From: an uncultured virus (IMG/VR IMGVR_UViG_3300037467_002795)
Taxonomy: Duplodnaviria; Heunggongvirae; Uroviricota; Caudoviricetes
IMG/VR virus record: IMGVR_UViG_3300037467_002795
DNA length: 64,000 nt
Direction: 5' to 3' (one strand)
This document shows positions 30,163-39,919 of the stretch, piece after piece. Positions within the stretch are counted from its first letter, which is position 1. Each line of letters opens with the position of its first letter. The notes beneath the pieces were generated by a model, which searched no databases, was not told the DNA's origin, and saw only the letters and a list, made by a program, of their open reading frames with translations. A program made the translations under genes and the position numbers.

Positions 30163-30276
30163 CGATGGTATTATTTAATAGTGCCACCCGAGCCAAGAGC
30201 TTGGGTTTGCACGGAACGAAAACGGTTATTGGTTTTTCGCCATCTTAACAGGTAGGTTTGGAAGTTGGACCTCAAA

Positions 30277-30489
30277 ATGGAAGACATTGAAGCCGAAGTC
30301 CGTAGTCTTCGTGAACAGGTCGAACACCTCGAACGATGGATTGAACGGTTACTGGTCGGCCGACGAATCGAAATTGATGCGAGGGGCAAAGAAAAGGGTG
30401 GCAAGGGCGTCTGCGTCGGCCCCGGTGTGGTTACGACCGACGATGGACGGAAACTCTATCGCGATTTGACGGAGTTGGACCTTATCTAA
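30277..30489 (+). CDS. Hypothetical protein
   Basis: Short ORF coupled to the next gene. Confidence 0.45.
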   Translation: MEDIEAEVRSLREQVEHLERWIERLLVGRRIEIDARGKEKGGKGVCVGPGVVTTDDGRKLYRDLTELDLI

Positions 30490-31019
30490 TGCCCCGCATG
30501 CTCGCTGCCTGTGTCCGGTCGGCTCTCCGTGGCCCGGACGACTCCCTCGATATTCTCGTATTTCGCTCGGGTGACCCATTCGATAGTCGCCTGGCGGCGA
30601 CCCTGTCAGCCCACAATATCTGGGTGCTCTCAGAGGGGATAGAGCAGTCCTGGCCTTCGCCGCCCGCCAATGTCGTCCTGCTGGACGAGCCGGTCATCGA
30701 GCACGACTACGACCTCGTCATCGCCCCATTCTCGGCCCCCGCCATTCCGCTGGCTCGACGGGTCTCGGCCGGGCTCCACGCCCCGCTCATTGCCCTCTTT
30801 CATGCTCCTCCTCCTGCCAGAACTTCCCCCGGTCGCCTCGCCCGCGAGCGGGCCCTGACCGGTCACGTGTCGATGTGCCCCTCGAAAGAAATTGCGGCAA
30901 GCTGGGGGTTCGGCCCGCACGAGGCCACCGTCATCCCGAACTGGCAGGCGGGCAAACTTCGCTACATGGTCGAGTTGATTGCTGCGCAACCGTACGAACT
31001 CAAATGGTCTATGACATGA
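30489..31019 (+). CDS. Hypothetical protein, GT-B N-terminal-like
   Basis: DYDLVI..H..CPS...WG...VIPN. Confidence 0.45.
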   Translation: MPRMLAACVRSALRGPDDSLDILVFRSGDPFDSRLAATLSAHNIWVLSEGIEQSWPSPPANVVLLDEPVIEHDYDLVIAPFSAPAIPLARRVSAGLHAPLIALFHAPPPARTSPGRLARERALTGHVSMCPSKEIAASWGFGPHEATVIPNWQAGKLRYMVELIAAQPYELKWSMT

Positions 31020-31432
31020 GAGTTGTCATCACCGACCGACCCGGCCACGAATTCGGGGCCATTGTGCCCGTACCGTTCGACCAGGAAGACCTGGGCGATT
31101 TGGTTTTCCCCGGCGAGGCGACCGAGGTTCTTATCCTTGATGTGCTCGAGCGGGTTGACCCGGCCGAACTGGACCGGTCACTGGACCGCTGGCTGAGCCT
31201 GGTCGGCTCGGGCGGCACAGTCATTATTGGCGGGACGGACCTGCTCCAAGTCTGCGAAGCCGTGTCGACTGGCAAACTGAACGAACTCGAGGCCGCGGAC
31301 TTTTTGTACAAGGGCCGGCTCGGGTGTTTTTCGGCCCCGCAAATTGTCGGGGTACTGGAATCCCGAGGCTTTCACATCGAGCGAGTGGTGGTCGAGAACC
31401 TGCGGTACAGTGTGGCGGCGAGGAAATCTTGA
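31016..31432 (+). CDS. Degenerate methyltransferase-like protein
   Basis: EVLILDVLE..LDRW..GGTVII. Confidence 0.5.
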   Translation: MRVVITDRPGHEFGAIVPVPFDQEDLGDLVFPGEATEVLILDVLERVDPAELDRSLDRWLSLVGSGGTVIIGGTDLLQVCEAVSTGKLNELEAADFLYKGRLGCFSAPQIVGVLESRGFHIERVVVENLRYSVAARKS

Positions 31433-32301
31433 TTAATACTGATTGCAGTCAGTGCCTCTTTCTTAAGGACGGCGTGTGCGACGTCGGTCGGCACGAGACT
31501 TACCAAAAATTGGGCGTGAAGGTTGAGCGGGCCGCAAATAGTGTCCTGGTCCAGGGCCGACTCTGCAACATGTGCCGGAACAAGGAGAGTGGTTGGGGCG
31601 GCGAGCTGACGCCTGCTGAGCAGATTCAAAAAGCCCGTGAGGAAATCTCGGTTCGGCTTCATGCCATCGTGCCCTGCCCGCACGGGACCGACGTCCGGGA
31701 TATTGTCGACACGGCCCGGAGCCTCGAGACCCAGACCCACCCCGTCACCGTTCACTTTGTGTTGGTGTCGAACACCCCGAACTCGGGCCGGGTGTTTGCC
31801 GCCCTTCGCAAGGAATTCCCACCGACATCCAGGCTCGCCTGGAATGTTCGTATCGCCCACGAGCGGGACCGAGACGGGCGACCTCTCCAGCGGCGGTTCG
31901 CGGTCGACCTGGTGGCGAATCAGCTCTCGCCGGCCGATTGCACTTATTATGCGGTGATGGACCCCGGGGCCATCGCCTGGTCGAACCTGACGGCCCAGCT
32001 GGAAGAAGCGGTCAACGGGCGGCTCGAACAATTCTTTTTGGTCGACCCGGTTCACCAGTGTAATTATCAGTTCGGGTCCGAGGATTTGAACGCCAGAGTG
32101 CTCGGGCCCATCGTCCACCTGCAAACACACCGGTTCGTCGGCGGGTCCGCTCGGGCCGTTCGGGACGAACCTCTCCCGGACGGGGGGACCATTTCGGTTC
32201 CGTACGACGACGTGTCCGACAAGATTCGCAAGCTGGTCGGGGACTCGGGCCGGCTCGACTTCGTCCGGAGGATGCACGACGTATGTCCGCCCCCGCAGTG
32301 A
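31429..32301 (+). CDS. Hypothetical protein (Cys-rich N-terminus, GT-A-like body)
   Basis: CSQCLF..C..CNMCR; located in the glycan cluster. Confidence 0.5.
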   Translation: MINTDCSQCLFLKDGVCDVGRHETYQKLGVKVERAANSVLVQGRLCNMCRNKESGWGGELTPAEQIQKAREEISVRLHAIVPCPHGTDVRDIVDTARSLETQTHPVTVHFVLVSNTPNSGRVFAALRKEFPPTSRLAWNVRIAHERDRDGRPLQRRFAVDLVANQLSPADCTYYAVMDPGAIAWSNLTAQLEEAVNGRLEQFFLVDPVHQCNYQFGSEDLNARVLGPIVHLQTHRFVGGSARAVRDEPLPDGGTISVPYDDVSDKIRKLVGDSGRLDFVRRMHDVCPPPQ

Positions 32302-32936
32302 TTTTCGCGGTATCCGCTCTCGGGCCCAGCCGGGCACCCGAGCTGGACGAAACCCTCCGGTCGATTGCCGCGTGTGCGGGGGTTCGCCGCGTGGCCATCA
32401 TGGTCGGACCGGAAAGTCTCGATGAGGCTGCCTCCCTTTTGAACAGTGTCACTATCGACGGGACCGAAGGTCCGGCAGGAGAGGGACCCTCCACCTTCAA
32501 CAAGTGTCCCCACGGAGTACCCGCCTTTTGCCTGGGGATGGGGGCGGGCGAAGTCCGGCGGGCTGACGTCCTGAACGCCCTCCTGGATACCGCCTGGGGC
32601 GGCCTCGACATTTTCGTGCCGCTCGAAGCCGGAGACGTGGTCGAACCCGAATATGTGGCGAAGGTGACCAGGGCGTTCGAAGAAGACCTCGGCGTCATCG
32701 GGGCCGTCCTGGTCGACAGGCTTCAAAACGGGTTCCGCGTCCACGAACAACCCTGGAGTGCCGGCGGCACTCACTGGAATCCTCCCGGTCTCGCCATCGC
32801 CCGGTACGTGTTCGAGCGGGTCGGTCGGTACGTGTCGGAAGCCGACACCCAGACCGAAGCCGAGTTCAACCGGCGGATGGGCTCGCAGTTCATGATTACT
32901 TCCCTGCCGGAACAATTACTGAGGGTCAGGCGGTGA
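32283..32936 (+). CDS. Divergent GT2-like protein
   Basis: TLRSI, LNALL, LEAGDVVEPEYV, VFERVGRY. Confidence 0.45.
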   Translation: MSAPAVIFAVSALGPSRAPELDETLRSIAACAGVRRVAIMVGPESLDEAASLLNSVTIDGTEGPAGEGPSTFNKCPHGVPAFCLGMGAGEVRRADVLNALLDTAWGGLDIFVPLEAGDVVEPEYVAKVTRAFEEDLGVIGAVLVDRLQNGFRVHEQPWSAGGTHWNPPGLAIARYVFERVGRYVSEADTQTEAEFNRRMGSQFMITSLPEQLLRVRR

Positions 32937-33613
32937 GCGACGAGTTCGCGGTGGTGATTCCGGCGGCGGGAATAGGGCGGCGGATGCGGTCGTACGGGCC
33001 CAAATGCCTGGTCCAGTTGGCCGACGGGCGGACGGTTCTTCGCCGGCAAATCGACTTGGTTCGTCAGCTGTGCCCGCGAGTAGACATTGTGGTGGTGGTC
33101 GGGTTCGAGGCCGAGCGGGTCATCCGCACGTTGCCCGCCGGGGTCCGGGTGGTCGAGAACGAGCACTACGAGGAAACCGGGGTGGCTCGGTCCATCGCAA
33201 TGGGCCTGCGGGCGACGACCGCCGACCGGGTCCTGGTCGTGTACGGAGACCTGGTATTTAACTGGGCCACCCTCAGAGGAATCGGAGGCACCAAATCGGT
33301 GGTCGTGGTAGACCGCTGCGGCAAGATGGGCACGGCCGAGGTCGGGGTGACTGTGGTCGGGCAGGCGGCGACCCACTTTGACTATGGGCTGAAGACCAAG
33401 TGGACCGGCATCGTCCTGCTGACCGGGCGGGAGCTAGCCCTGTTCAAACAGCTGGCGGCGACGGTGGACCGACGACGGGCGGCCGGACATGAACTGTTGA
33501 ATTGCATCATCGACCGAGGCGGGGAATTTCAGACCGTGTTGGTTGACACGGCCGAGCTGGTGGAAATCGACAGCGGGGCGGACATCAAGCGGGCCCGCGA
33601 GGTGCCGCTATGA
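32933..33613 (+). CDS. Nucleotidyltransferase (LicC/NTP_transf_3-like)
   Basis: IPAAGIGRRM..GPKCL, VVGF, VYGDLVF, EIDS. Confidence 0.85.
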   Translation: MSDEFAVVIPAAGIGRRMRSYGPKCLVQLADGRTVLRRQIDLVRQLCPRVDIVVVVGFEAERVIRTLPAGVRVVENEHYEETGVARSIAMGLRATTADRVLVVYGDLVFNWATLRGIGGTKSVVVVDRCGKMGTAEVGVTVVGQAATHFDYGLKTKWTGIVLLTGRELALFKQLAATVDRRRAAGHELLNCIIDRGGEFQTVLVDTAELVEIDSGADIKRAREVPL

Positions 33614-34239
33614 AGCTGTTATTCGCACTGGACCGCGTGGGCGGCTGGGTAAGGGCCGCCGGCTATCTGGGTCATCAGGGGTTCGCGTTCGACCCGGCCC
33701 GGCCGTTCGATTCCTTCTTATGCAATCCCGACATCGTCTTCTGTGGAAATAAAGTCTCCTTCCGGCAGGGAAGTGGGGGCAGGGCTCTGGCCCGATATCC
33801 ACGTACTCGTCTCGTTGAAGTCTCCGCCCTTCCTCCCGCGGCCGATTGCCCGCCTGATTTTGCCGGCGGCCGGGTCCGCCCCGAGTTCGTGTGTGATGTG
33901 GTAGTGGTCGGCGAATACCGGAGCGAGGTCGACGAACCACTCCGCCAGATTCTCGGAGCCGGCCTGCACCTGAAGGTGTTCGGTCGCGGTCCCTGGCCGG
34001 TCGCCCAGTGTGCCGGGTATGTGCCGGCCGTGGACATCGCGGACGTGTACGCCTCGGCCCGGTATACGTTGGACCTGGGGGGCGATGTGGGGCGAACAAT
34101 GACCGTCCGAAAAGCGGGCGGCCGACCGGCGAGTGTGACTCAGATTCTGGCGGGTGAGCCTGTTGAAGACGAGCCCGTAATAACACTGGCGGAGCAACTT
34201 CAAAAAATCCTCGCGGGGGTCGAACCGTGCCCGATTTGA
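33610..34239 (+). CDS. CgeB/GT-B-like protein
   Basis: LPPAAD, CDVVVVG, LKVFG..W, YASA. Confidence 0.5.
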   Translation: MKLLFALDRVGGWVRAAGYLGHQGFAFDPARPFDSFLCNPDIVFCGNKVSFRQGSGGRALARYPRTRLVEVSALPPAADCPPDFAGGRVRPEFVCDVVVVGEYRSEVDEPLRQILGAGLHLKVFGRGPWPVAQCAGYVPAVDIADVYASARYTLDLGGDVGRTMTVRKAGGRPASVTQILAGEPVEDEPVITLAEQLQKILAGVEPCPI

Positions 34240-34793
34240 CGATTCTCGCCACCGCCCACGAGCCCGAGACCCGAATCGACCGCCTGATGTGGTCGTTGTC
34301 GGTGGACCGGCCGACGGTCCCGTTCGACCTGGTCGTGGTGGACATCGCTCACGACGACGGGCTTATCGAGCAACTCCTACCCTACCGCACGACCTGTCCC
34401 TGGAAACTGGTCCGGCTCGGCGGTGATGTGAGGTTGGGGGAGTTAGTCCGGGGGCGAATGGTCCTTTCCCTGCCGGCGTCCGCCATCCCCCTTTCAGGGG
34501 CAGTCGAGCAAGTCCGCACCGCGGCAGAAAACGGACCGGTCGCGGCTCAGTTCCGGGCGGTCGGCCCGCTCGGTGTGTACGGACTGGACGACTTGGGGTC
34601 GAACTTGACGCCCGAGATGGTCGAGGACTCGCCTTCCGTCGCGACCATCGGGTGCTGTTGGCGGCGGGAAGAGTGGGCGGAAAACGTGGCAGGCAATTCG
34701 GCCGACAGCGGGGCGGCTTTTGTTCTGTATCCGTGCCCTCGAATCTGGACGACGGCCCCGGACGAGTTCGTTCATGTGGTGGCGAACAACTGA
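34227..34793 (+). CDS. Divergent GT2-like protein
   Basis: LMWSL...PFDLVVVD...DD. Confidence 0.45.
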   Translation: MPDLTILATAHEPETRIDRLMWSLSVDRPTVPFDLVVVDIAHDDGLIEQLLPYRTTCPWKLVRLGGDVRLGELVRGRMVLSLPASAIPLSGAVEQVRTAAENGPVAAQFRAVGPLGVYGLDDLGSNLTPEMVEDSPSVATIGCCWRREEWAENVAGNSADSGAAFVLYPCPRIWTTAPDEFVHVVANN

Positions 34794-35272
34794 TGTTAAC
34801 CCCTCAATTTCTGGTCGAACACATGACTCCCGCCGAACGCGGCAACTGGTCCGGCATCGGGCTCGTCGTTGTCAACGGACAACTCGTCGTTCGAGCCAAG
34901 GACCGACACGGGTATACGGTCGACGGCCCCCCGCAGCCGACCCCGGCCCTTCTGGTGGTTGACGGGGTGGCCGAACCCGAACAGGCGAAGCCGATTTCGG
35001 TGGCTGCGTGGTGGGCCTGCCTGTGGTGGGCCGAGCGGGCAGTCAAACGCGCACAGCACCAGGACTGGGAAGGGGTCGGCGAGGCGGTCGACCAGGCGTA
35101 CGGGGCCGAACGGGAACACCTTCTCGGACCCTCCGCGAAAGCGGACTTGGCATATGCGGCGGCCCGGTCGGCGGGAGCGTGGGGCGGCCGGCCGTCCGGC
35201 AACGCCTTGTTGTTGTTGGCCCCGCCCGAGCACCACGAGAGAATCCGAACTGAGGTCCGAAAGGTACTTTAA
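34793..35272 (+). CDS. Hypothetical protein
   Basis: TGATG coupling. Confidence 0.5.
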   Translation: MLTPQFLVEHMTPAERGNWSGIGLVVVNGQLVVRAKDRHGYTVDGPPQPTPALLVVDGVAEPEQAKPISVAAWWACLWWAERAVKRAQHQDWEGVGEAVDQAYGAEREHLLGPSAKADLAYAAARSAGAWGGRPSGNALLLLAPPEHHERIRTEVRKVL

Positions 35273-35274
35273 AC

Positions 35275-35574
35275 ATGGCGATTCGACCCGACACCGACGA
35301 ACTGATTGCTTATCTAAACAACTTACTACAAGTCGACCCGAGTCTCATCCACCAACTGGTTATTACTCGGTTTGCATGCAACACAAAAATGACCGAGCAC
35401 CCGACCGTTCAGGTTTATCCTATGGAAGGCGAATGGGCTGTCGGTCTCCTCGGGATTTTGAATGGCTATTGTGGCGTGTATGACGACGGTCCCCGACAAG
35501 GGTATGGGCCAATTTCGGTCTTGATGAGCACTGAAGGCGGCGTTGTTGGCTTTACCAGGACACCGAACGAATGA
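35275..35574 (+). CDS. Hypothetical phage protein (VGLLGILNG)
   Basis: ORF in the operon. Confidence 0.55.
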   Translation: MAIRPDTDELIAYLNNLLQVDPSLIHQLVITRFACNTKMTEHPTVQVYPMEGEWAVGLLGILNGYCGVYDDGPRQGYGPISVLMSTEGGVVGFTRTPNE

Positions 35575-36035
35575 ACCGCGTCGGCATAATGGTCAAGAAT
35601 TTGGGGCCGAGCGAGTTGAACTGGCGACTGGTTCGACAGGCCAATCACCTCATGGCCCGTGGACAAGCCTCGGTCGTTTTTTTTTACGAAGACCTCGCCC
35701 CTGCTTTCCAGGCCCCACTCGGGGCCACGATGAATACGGTCGAGGCCTGGGGATTCGACGGCCCCGTCGTCGCCACCAGCCTGTCGACCGCTCGCAAGCT
35801 CTCGCTGTGCCCGACCGCCCGGACCCGTCTGTTTTATTTGTGGGACCTCGAGTGGCTGAGGCTGACGGACCGGCCGTACCGGGCCCTCCGGTCAATTTAC
35901 AGCGATAAATCCTTGAAGCTGGTCTGTCAGACCGAAGAACACCGCCGGCTCGTTGAAGACCTATGGGGCGTCCCGGTGGCCGGGGTGGTGGAGCGGGCGA
36001 ACCTGAGTGAGTTGATGGAGCTATGCACGAGCTGA
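35571..36035 (+). CDS. Glycosyltransferase N-terminal-like protein
   Basis: FDGPVVATS..TA...FYLWDLEW. Confidence 0.55.
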   Translation: MNRVGIMVKNLGPSELNWRLVRQANHLMARGQASVVFFYEDLAPAFQAPLGATMNTVEAWGFDGPVVATSLSTARKLSLCPTARTRLFYLWDLEWLRLTDRPYRALRSIYSDKSLKLVCQTEEHRRLVEDLWGVPVAGVVERANLSELMELCTS

Positions 36036-36787
36036 CAAGAGAGTTTCTCGAGCGAGAATACTGGGCGAACGAAAAAAGTCCCCGGCAAATCGCGGCCGAG
36101 ACCGGCCTGAACATCAACCGCGTGAGGCGAGAATTACGCCGGCACTGGGACAAGTTGAGAACGCGGGCCGAGGCCCAGGCGGCGGCAATCCGGCAGGGAA
36201 GGCACAAGCACCCCACGAAAGGCCAGCCCTGCTCGGACGAACGACGCCTGAGCATTTCGCGGACCCTGGTCGGGCAGTGTATGCAGGCGACGGACCGGCG
36301 GCGGCGCGCGTGGTCGGAGGCCGGAAAAAAGGCCTGGGAAGGCAAAAATAGTGCCCAAAGACGCCGGGTCGCGCGCAGGGGCAACAGGGCCCTCCAGGCG
36401 GTTACCAAAACCGGGTCGCGGGCCGAACGCCTGCTAGCCGAGGGGCTCCGGCGGGCGGGGTACGAGGTGCTCCAGCGGGACGTCCATGCTGACCTTCTCC
36501 TGCCGGAAATCCGCGCGGCCGTCTGGGTCGAGGGAGCCCCCACTTACTTGCCGATTTGGGGCGAGGAGGCCTTGGAGGCGGCTCGCGAGCGGGCGGCCGA
36601 AAAGCGGACAAAGGCCCGCCAAGCCGGCTTTCATGTGGTCCGTGTCCGCATCCCCCCCGGGCGGCTGTCGGTGGTTTCAGGCATCGAACTATTGAATTCG
36701 CTGTTGGACACGCTAAAATTGGTGAAGGACGAGTCCGAACCGGGTGAATACGAAATCGGGGTGAGTGATGGCCAAGCGGAAAGTTGA
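36023..36787 (+). CDS. HTH + Vsr/DUF559-like nuclease (homing-endonuclease-like)
   Basis: FLEREY..KSPRQIAAE; SRAE; ADLLLPE..VWVEG. Confidence 0.6.
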   Translation: MHELTREFLEREYWANEKSPRQIAAETGLNINRVRRELRRHWDKLRTRAEAQAAAIRQGRHKHPTKGQPCSDERRLSISRTLVGQCMQATDRRRRAWSEAGKKAWEGKNSAQRRRVARRGNRALQAVTKTGSRAERLLAEGLRRAGYEVLQRDVHADLLLPEIRAAVWVEGAPTYLPIWGEEALEAARERAAEKRTKARQAGFHVVRVRIPPGRLSVVSGIELLNSLLDTLKLVKDESEPGEYEIGVSDGQAES

Positions 36788-37652
36788 ACTGGCCGAGCCG
36801 ACCGAAGAACTCCTGGGGGGCGTTTTGGACCGCCTGGAAGTCGCTCGACCGACAGTCGTTGCCGACATTCCGGCAGTCGGCTTCGCCGACGGAAGCGGAG
36901 CTTCCACCGGAGAGGGGGAGCAGTCCGTGGGCTGCGGAGCAGTCCCACCCATTAATTCGGCGGACTGGACTCCCTTCATTATGTCCAAACTGACACAGGA
37001 CGAGGTCCATGACGGGTGCCCGACCTACCAGGGCCTCGAACGCCTCTGTTACGAGTACCTCGGCGACATCGTGGACATCGACATCGACCCCCGCCAGGCC
37101 CCGAACGTCCACAACGGGAACCACACGTGTCTGGTGGCCCGCATCACGATTGACCACCCGCCGGAGTTCGACTGGCTCGGGCGGATTGCCGGGCGGACCA
37201 TTCGGTACTCGCATGTCGGGGACACGTTCAACGGGAACGGCGGCCGGAAGGACTCGTTCGCGTGGCAGTTCTCGTCCGCCACCTGCGCGACCCGGGCGAA
37301 GGCCAGCTTGCTCCGCGGGGCATTCCGCCTCCGGCACGTGTACGCCAAGGAAGAACTGTCCGGGCTAAGCCCCGGGGAAAGTGGGGCGGACGCCTATATT
37401 ATTGTGACCCAGGTTGACGGCCTGGACATGATGTGTAGTAGGCTGAACGTCAACGTGACCAAATTCCTGATGCAGACCTGGAAGCATTACGTGAAGGACC
37501 AGAAGGGTGAAGACCTGAACTTTATTCCTTATTGGGTGGTCCAAAAGTCGTTCGCCCAACTCCAGCCCTGGCAGCACGACAAGTCCACCATCCCTGCCGG
37601 AGTGCTCGGGTACGACCCGGACTGGAAGAACGGGTTGAAGTGTCTCGCATAA
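36768..37652 (+). CDS. Conserved phage protein (possible ssDNA-annealing protein)
   Basis: PTYQGLERL, ATCATRAKASLLR..L..YAKEE. Confidence 0.45.
   Translation: MAKRKVELAEPTEELLGGVLDRLEVARPTVVADIPAVGFADGSGASTGEGEQSVGCGAVPPINSADWTPFIMSKLTQDEVHDGCPTYQGLERLCYEYLGDIVDIDIDPRQAPNVHNGNHTCLVARITIDHPPEFDWLGRIAGRTIRYSHVGDTFNGNGGRKDSFAWQFSSATCATRAKASLLRGAFRLRHVYAKEELSGLSPGESGADAYIIVTQVDGLDMMCSRLNVNVTKFLMQTWKHYVKDQKGEDLNFIPYWVVQKSFAQLQPWQHDKSTIPAGVLGYDPDWKNGLKCLA
36869..36920 (+). repeat. Partial multi-hairpin element, copy C (in frame in the CDS)
   Basis: TCCGGCA-GTCGGC ttc GCCGAC-GGAAGC gga GCTTCC. Confidence 0.8.
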
Positions 37653-37690
37653 CTCACGTGTAATATTCCTTTAGCCAATTTGGAGTTTGT

Positions 37691-38080
37691 ATGCTTAAAG
37701 TTCAGGTTAAAATTAGCCCGACGGTGATTGTCGAGGCCCAGGGTGCGACCCAGAAAGAAGTTTATAACCAGCTCGCCATGTCGGCCGAAGTGTTCGGCGA
37801 GCGGGAGTGTGGCCTTTGCAAGTGTAAGGACATCGCGTTCACAAAACGAAACGTAGATTCCAATGATTATTTTGAGATGACCTGCCTCAATTACCAGTGT
37901 GGGGCCCGTCTCTCGATGGGTCAGTCCAAGCAGCGGCCGGGGGAACTTTTCCCGATTCGCAAGCTCATTACGAGCGGCCCCGAAAAGGGCAAGCCGTCTC
38001 GGAAAAAGGGCGATTATGGTGACCACCGCGGGTGGACCAAATACCGCGGGAAGCCCATCGAAGAAGATGGCGACGAATAA
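37691..38080 (+). CDS. Zn-ribbon phage protein
   Basis: CGLC...C...CGARL, GWTKY. Confidence 0.6.
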   Translation: MLKVQVKISPTVIVEAQGATQKEVYNQLAMSAEVFGERECGLCKCKDIAFTKRNVDSNDYFEMTCLNYQCGARLSMGQSKQRPGELFPIRKLITSGPEKGKPSRKKGDYGDHRGWTKYRGKPIEEDGDE

Positions 38081-38082
38081 TT

Positions 38083-39318
38083 GTGGCCGTTCTACACTGC
38101 ACCTGCAACGGTGCCCGGGACATTTCCTGCGAGCACTGTAAGGTTCGCTGGCAACTGACCAGCATTCACTCGGTCGCCCACCCCCCGTTCTGTCCCGGTG
38201 CTGTGGTTGTGGACCACGGGGCCGGCGGCATCGGGGACGGGCTCCTCGGCCTCCTCTCGGTCGCCCGCCTGTCTGCCGATAACCCGGACGTGCCGGTCGA
38301 ATATCGGGTGAGCGAGACGGCCGAGCCCTGGGTCCGGCTGTTCACCGGATACGCTCATCTGGGTCGACACACAAGGGCCCACAGTGAGGCCATGTTGGTC
38401 GGGGCCCGGCAATTGAACGCTGGGTATACTATAGAGAACGAGAACCGCTATAAAATCCCACGGTGGGAACGGTATTCCCGTAATATCGGAGCAAGCGGAG
38501 TTCTGATTCCGCCCCTCCGCGAAGCGGATGTGGTTCGGGCGGCGGGAACCGACCTCGCGGGTCGTGTTTGCCTGTTCCCGTTCTCGACCGACCGGGCTCG
38601 CGAATGGTCCCTCCAGCACTGGCTGATGCTGGAGGACATGCTACTGAGGGCCGGCTACCAGACAGCCGTCTTTCACACGAACGAAGACAAGGTCAGGCGG
38701 TTTCGGGGAGATAGGGTCGCCGGCCAGACGCCCGAGCGAGTTGCCGGTGTCATCTTGAATTCGCATTGTTCCATCGGAACAGACAGTGGGTTATCGCACC
38801 TGTCCGGGATTCTCGGCGTCCCGACCATTATTCTAGGCGGCTCGACCCCCGTCGAACAAATCTTCGGCGTTTATCCTCGCGTCACATGTGTCCAGGGCGG
38901 ACTGTCCTGTTCGGGCTGTTGTGGGTTTGGTGTGGACGAGCGGTGTCCGGCGTCCTGTTCGAACCTTCAGTCGATTTCACCGGACCGCGTTTTGGACGAA
39001 GTCGAACAGCTATCACCGCGTCCGGTTCCTCGGCGGACAACCGCCTTGTCCATGTTGGAGCCGTTCCGGGCGTACACCCCGGCGGATGATGACGAGCAGC
39101 GGCGGCATTTGGACAGGGACACCTGGTTGTACAAGCCGGGTCGGCGGAAGTATTTATGCTCGGTGCTCGGGGCCGTTCACGAAGAACTGGAATTGGACCG
39201 GCCGGATTTAGCTCGGCTGGTCCGCGAGGCGGTCTGTATGGCCCGGCGACTGAATGATTTTGGGGTCTCGCAAGAGAAGCTTGACTGGGACAGTCCGCCA
39301 AAGTTCGTCGGTGACTAA
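38083..39318 (+). CDS. GT9 (ADP-heptose heptosyltransferase-like) with a Cys-rich N-terminal tag
   Basis: GGIGDGL, REWS, IGTDSGLSHLSGILGVPTIIL, CSGC..C..C..ISPDRV. Confidence 0.85.
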   Translation: MAVLHCTCNGARDISCEHCKVRWQLTSIHSVAHPPFCPGAVVVDHGAGGIGDGLLGLLSVARLSADNPDVPVEYRVSETAEPWVRLFTGYAHLGRHTRAHSEAMLVGARQLNAGYTIENENRYKIPRWERYSRNIGASGVLIPPLREADVVRAAGTDLAGRVCLFPFSTDRAREWSLQHWLMLEDMLLRAGYQTAVFHTNEDKVRRFRGDRVAGQTPERVAGVILNSHCSIGTDSGLSHLSGILGVPTIILGGSTPVEQIFGVYPRVTCVQGGLSCSGCCGFGVDERCPASCSNLQSISPDRVLDEVEQLSPRPVPRRTTALSMLEPFRAYTPADDDEQRRHLDRDTWLYKPGRRKYLCSVLGAVHEELELDRPDLARLVREAVCMARRLNDFGVSQEKLDWDSPPKFVGD

Positions 39319-39331
39319 CTCCGGAGACGCT

Positions 39332-39919
39332 ATGTTAACTTTCCTCACAAATCACGATTCGAGCGAAGCCCGTGAGTTCGCGGCCGGATTTACTGACCCT
39401 CAAGCCGCCTGGGACACCTGCGAGCGAGGCGACTGGATGCTGTGGGTCGCCGGCAAACTAAGCGGCAACCGCGAGTCGGCGGCCCGGCAGAAGCTCGTGC
39501 GGGTCGCGACCGAGTGTGCCCGGCTGGCTCCCCCGATTCAAGGCAGCGTGGTTCTAGAAACCGACCGGGTCCGGTCTCTTGACCTTTGCGAGAGATGGGC
39601 CCGGGGCGACGAGGGTGTATCGCTGGAGGACGTGCGAGCAGCCCGCCGAATTGTCCCCTTCGGTGGCTCTGCCGATACCGCCGTCGTCGATGTTGCTTTT
39701 GCGGTCTACGCCGACGCCTCTGGTGTCATCGACCGAGACACCTACGGCATCGCCTCGGCCGACAACGCCGCGGGTGCCGCCGCTTACAGGGCTGCCGTTT
39801 CGTACGCCGGTCACGTCTCCGGCTATCCGGTCGTCCACCCCGACGACGCCAATCTGAAGATGGTCCTCAAGGAGGCGGCGGATATTGTCCGTTGGCACTA
39901 CCCGACCGTGCCGGCATGA
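39332..39919 (+). CDS. Hypothetical Ala-rich phage protein (AWDTCERGDWMLW)
   Basis: GGAG RBS; helical low-complexity ORF. Confidence 0.55.
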   Translation: MLTFLTNHDSSEAREFAAGFTDPQAAWDTCERGDWMLWVAGKLSGNRESAARQKLVRVATECARLAPPIQGSVVLETDRVRSLDLCERWARGDEGVSLEDVRAARRIVPFGGSADTAVVDVAFAVYADASGVIDRDTYGIASADNAAGAAAYRAAVSYAGHVSGYPVVHPDDANLKMVLKEAADIVRWHYPTVPA

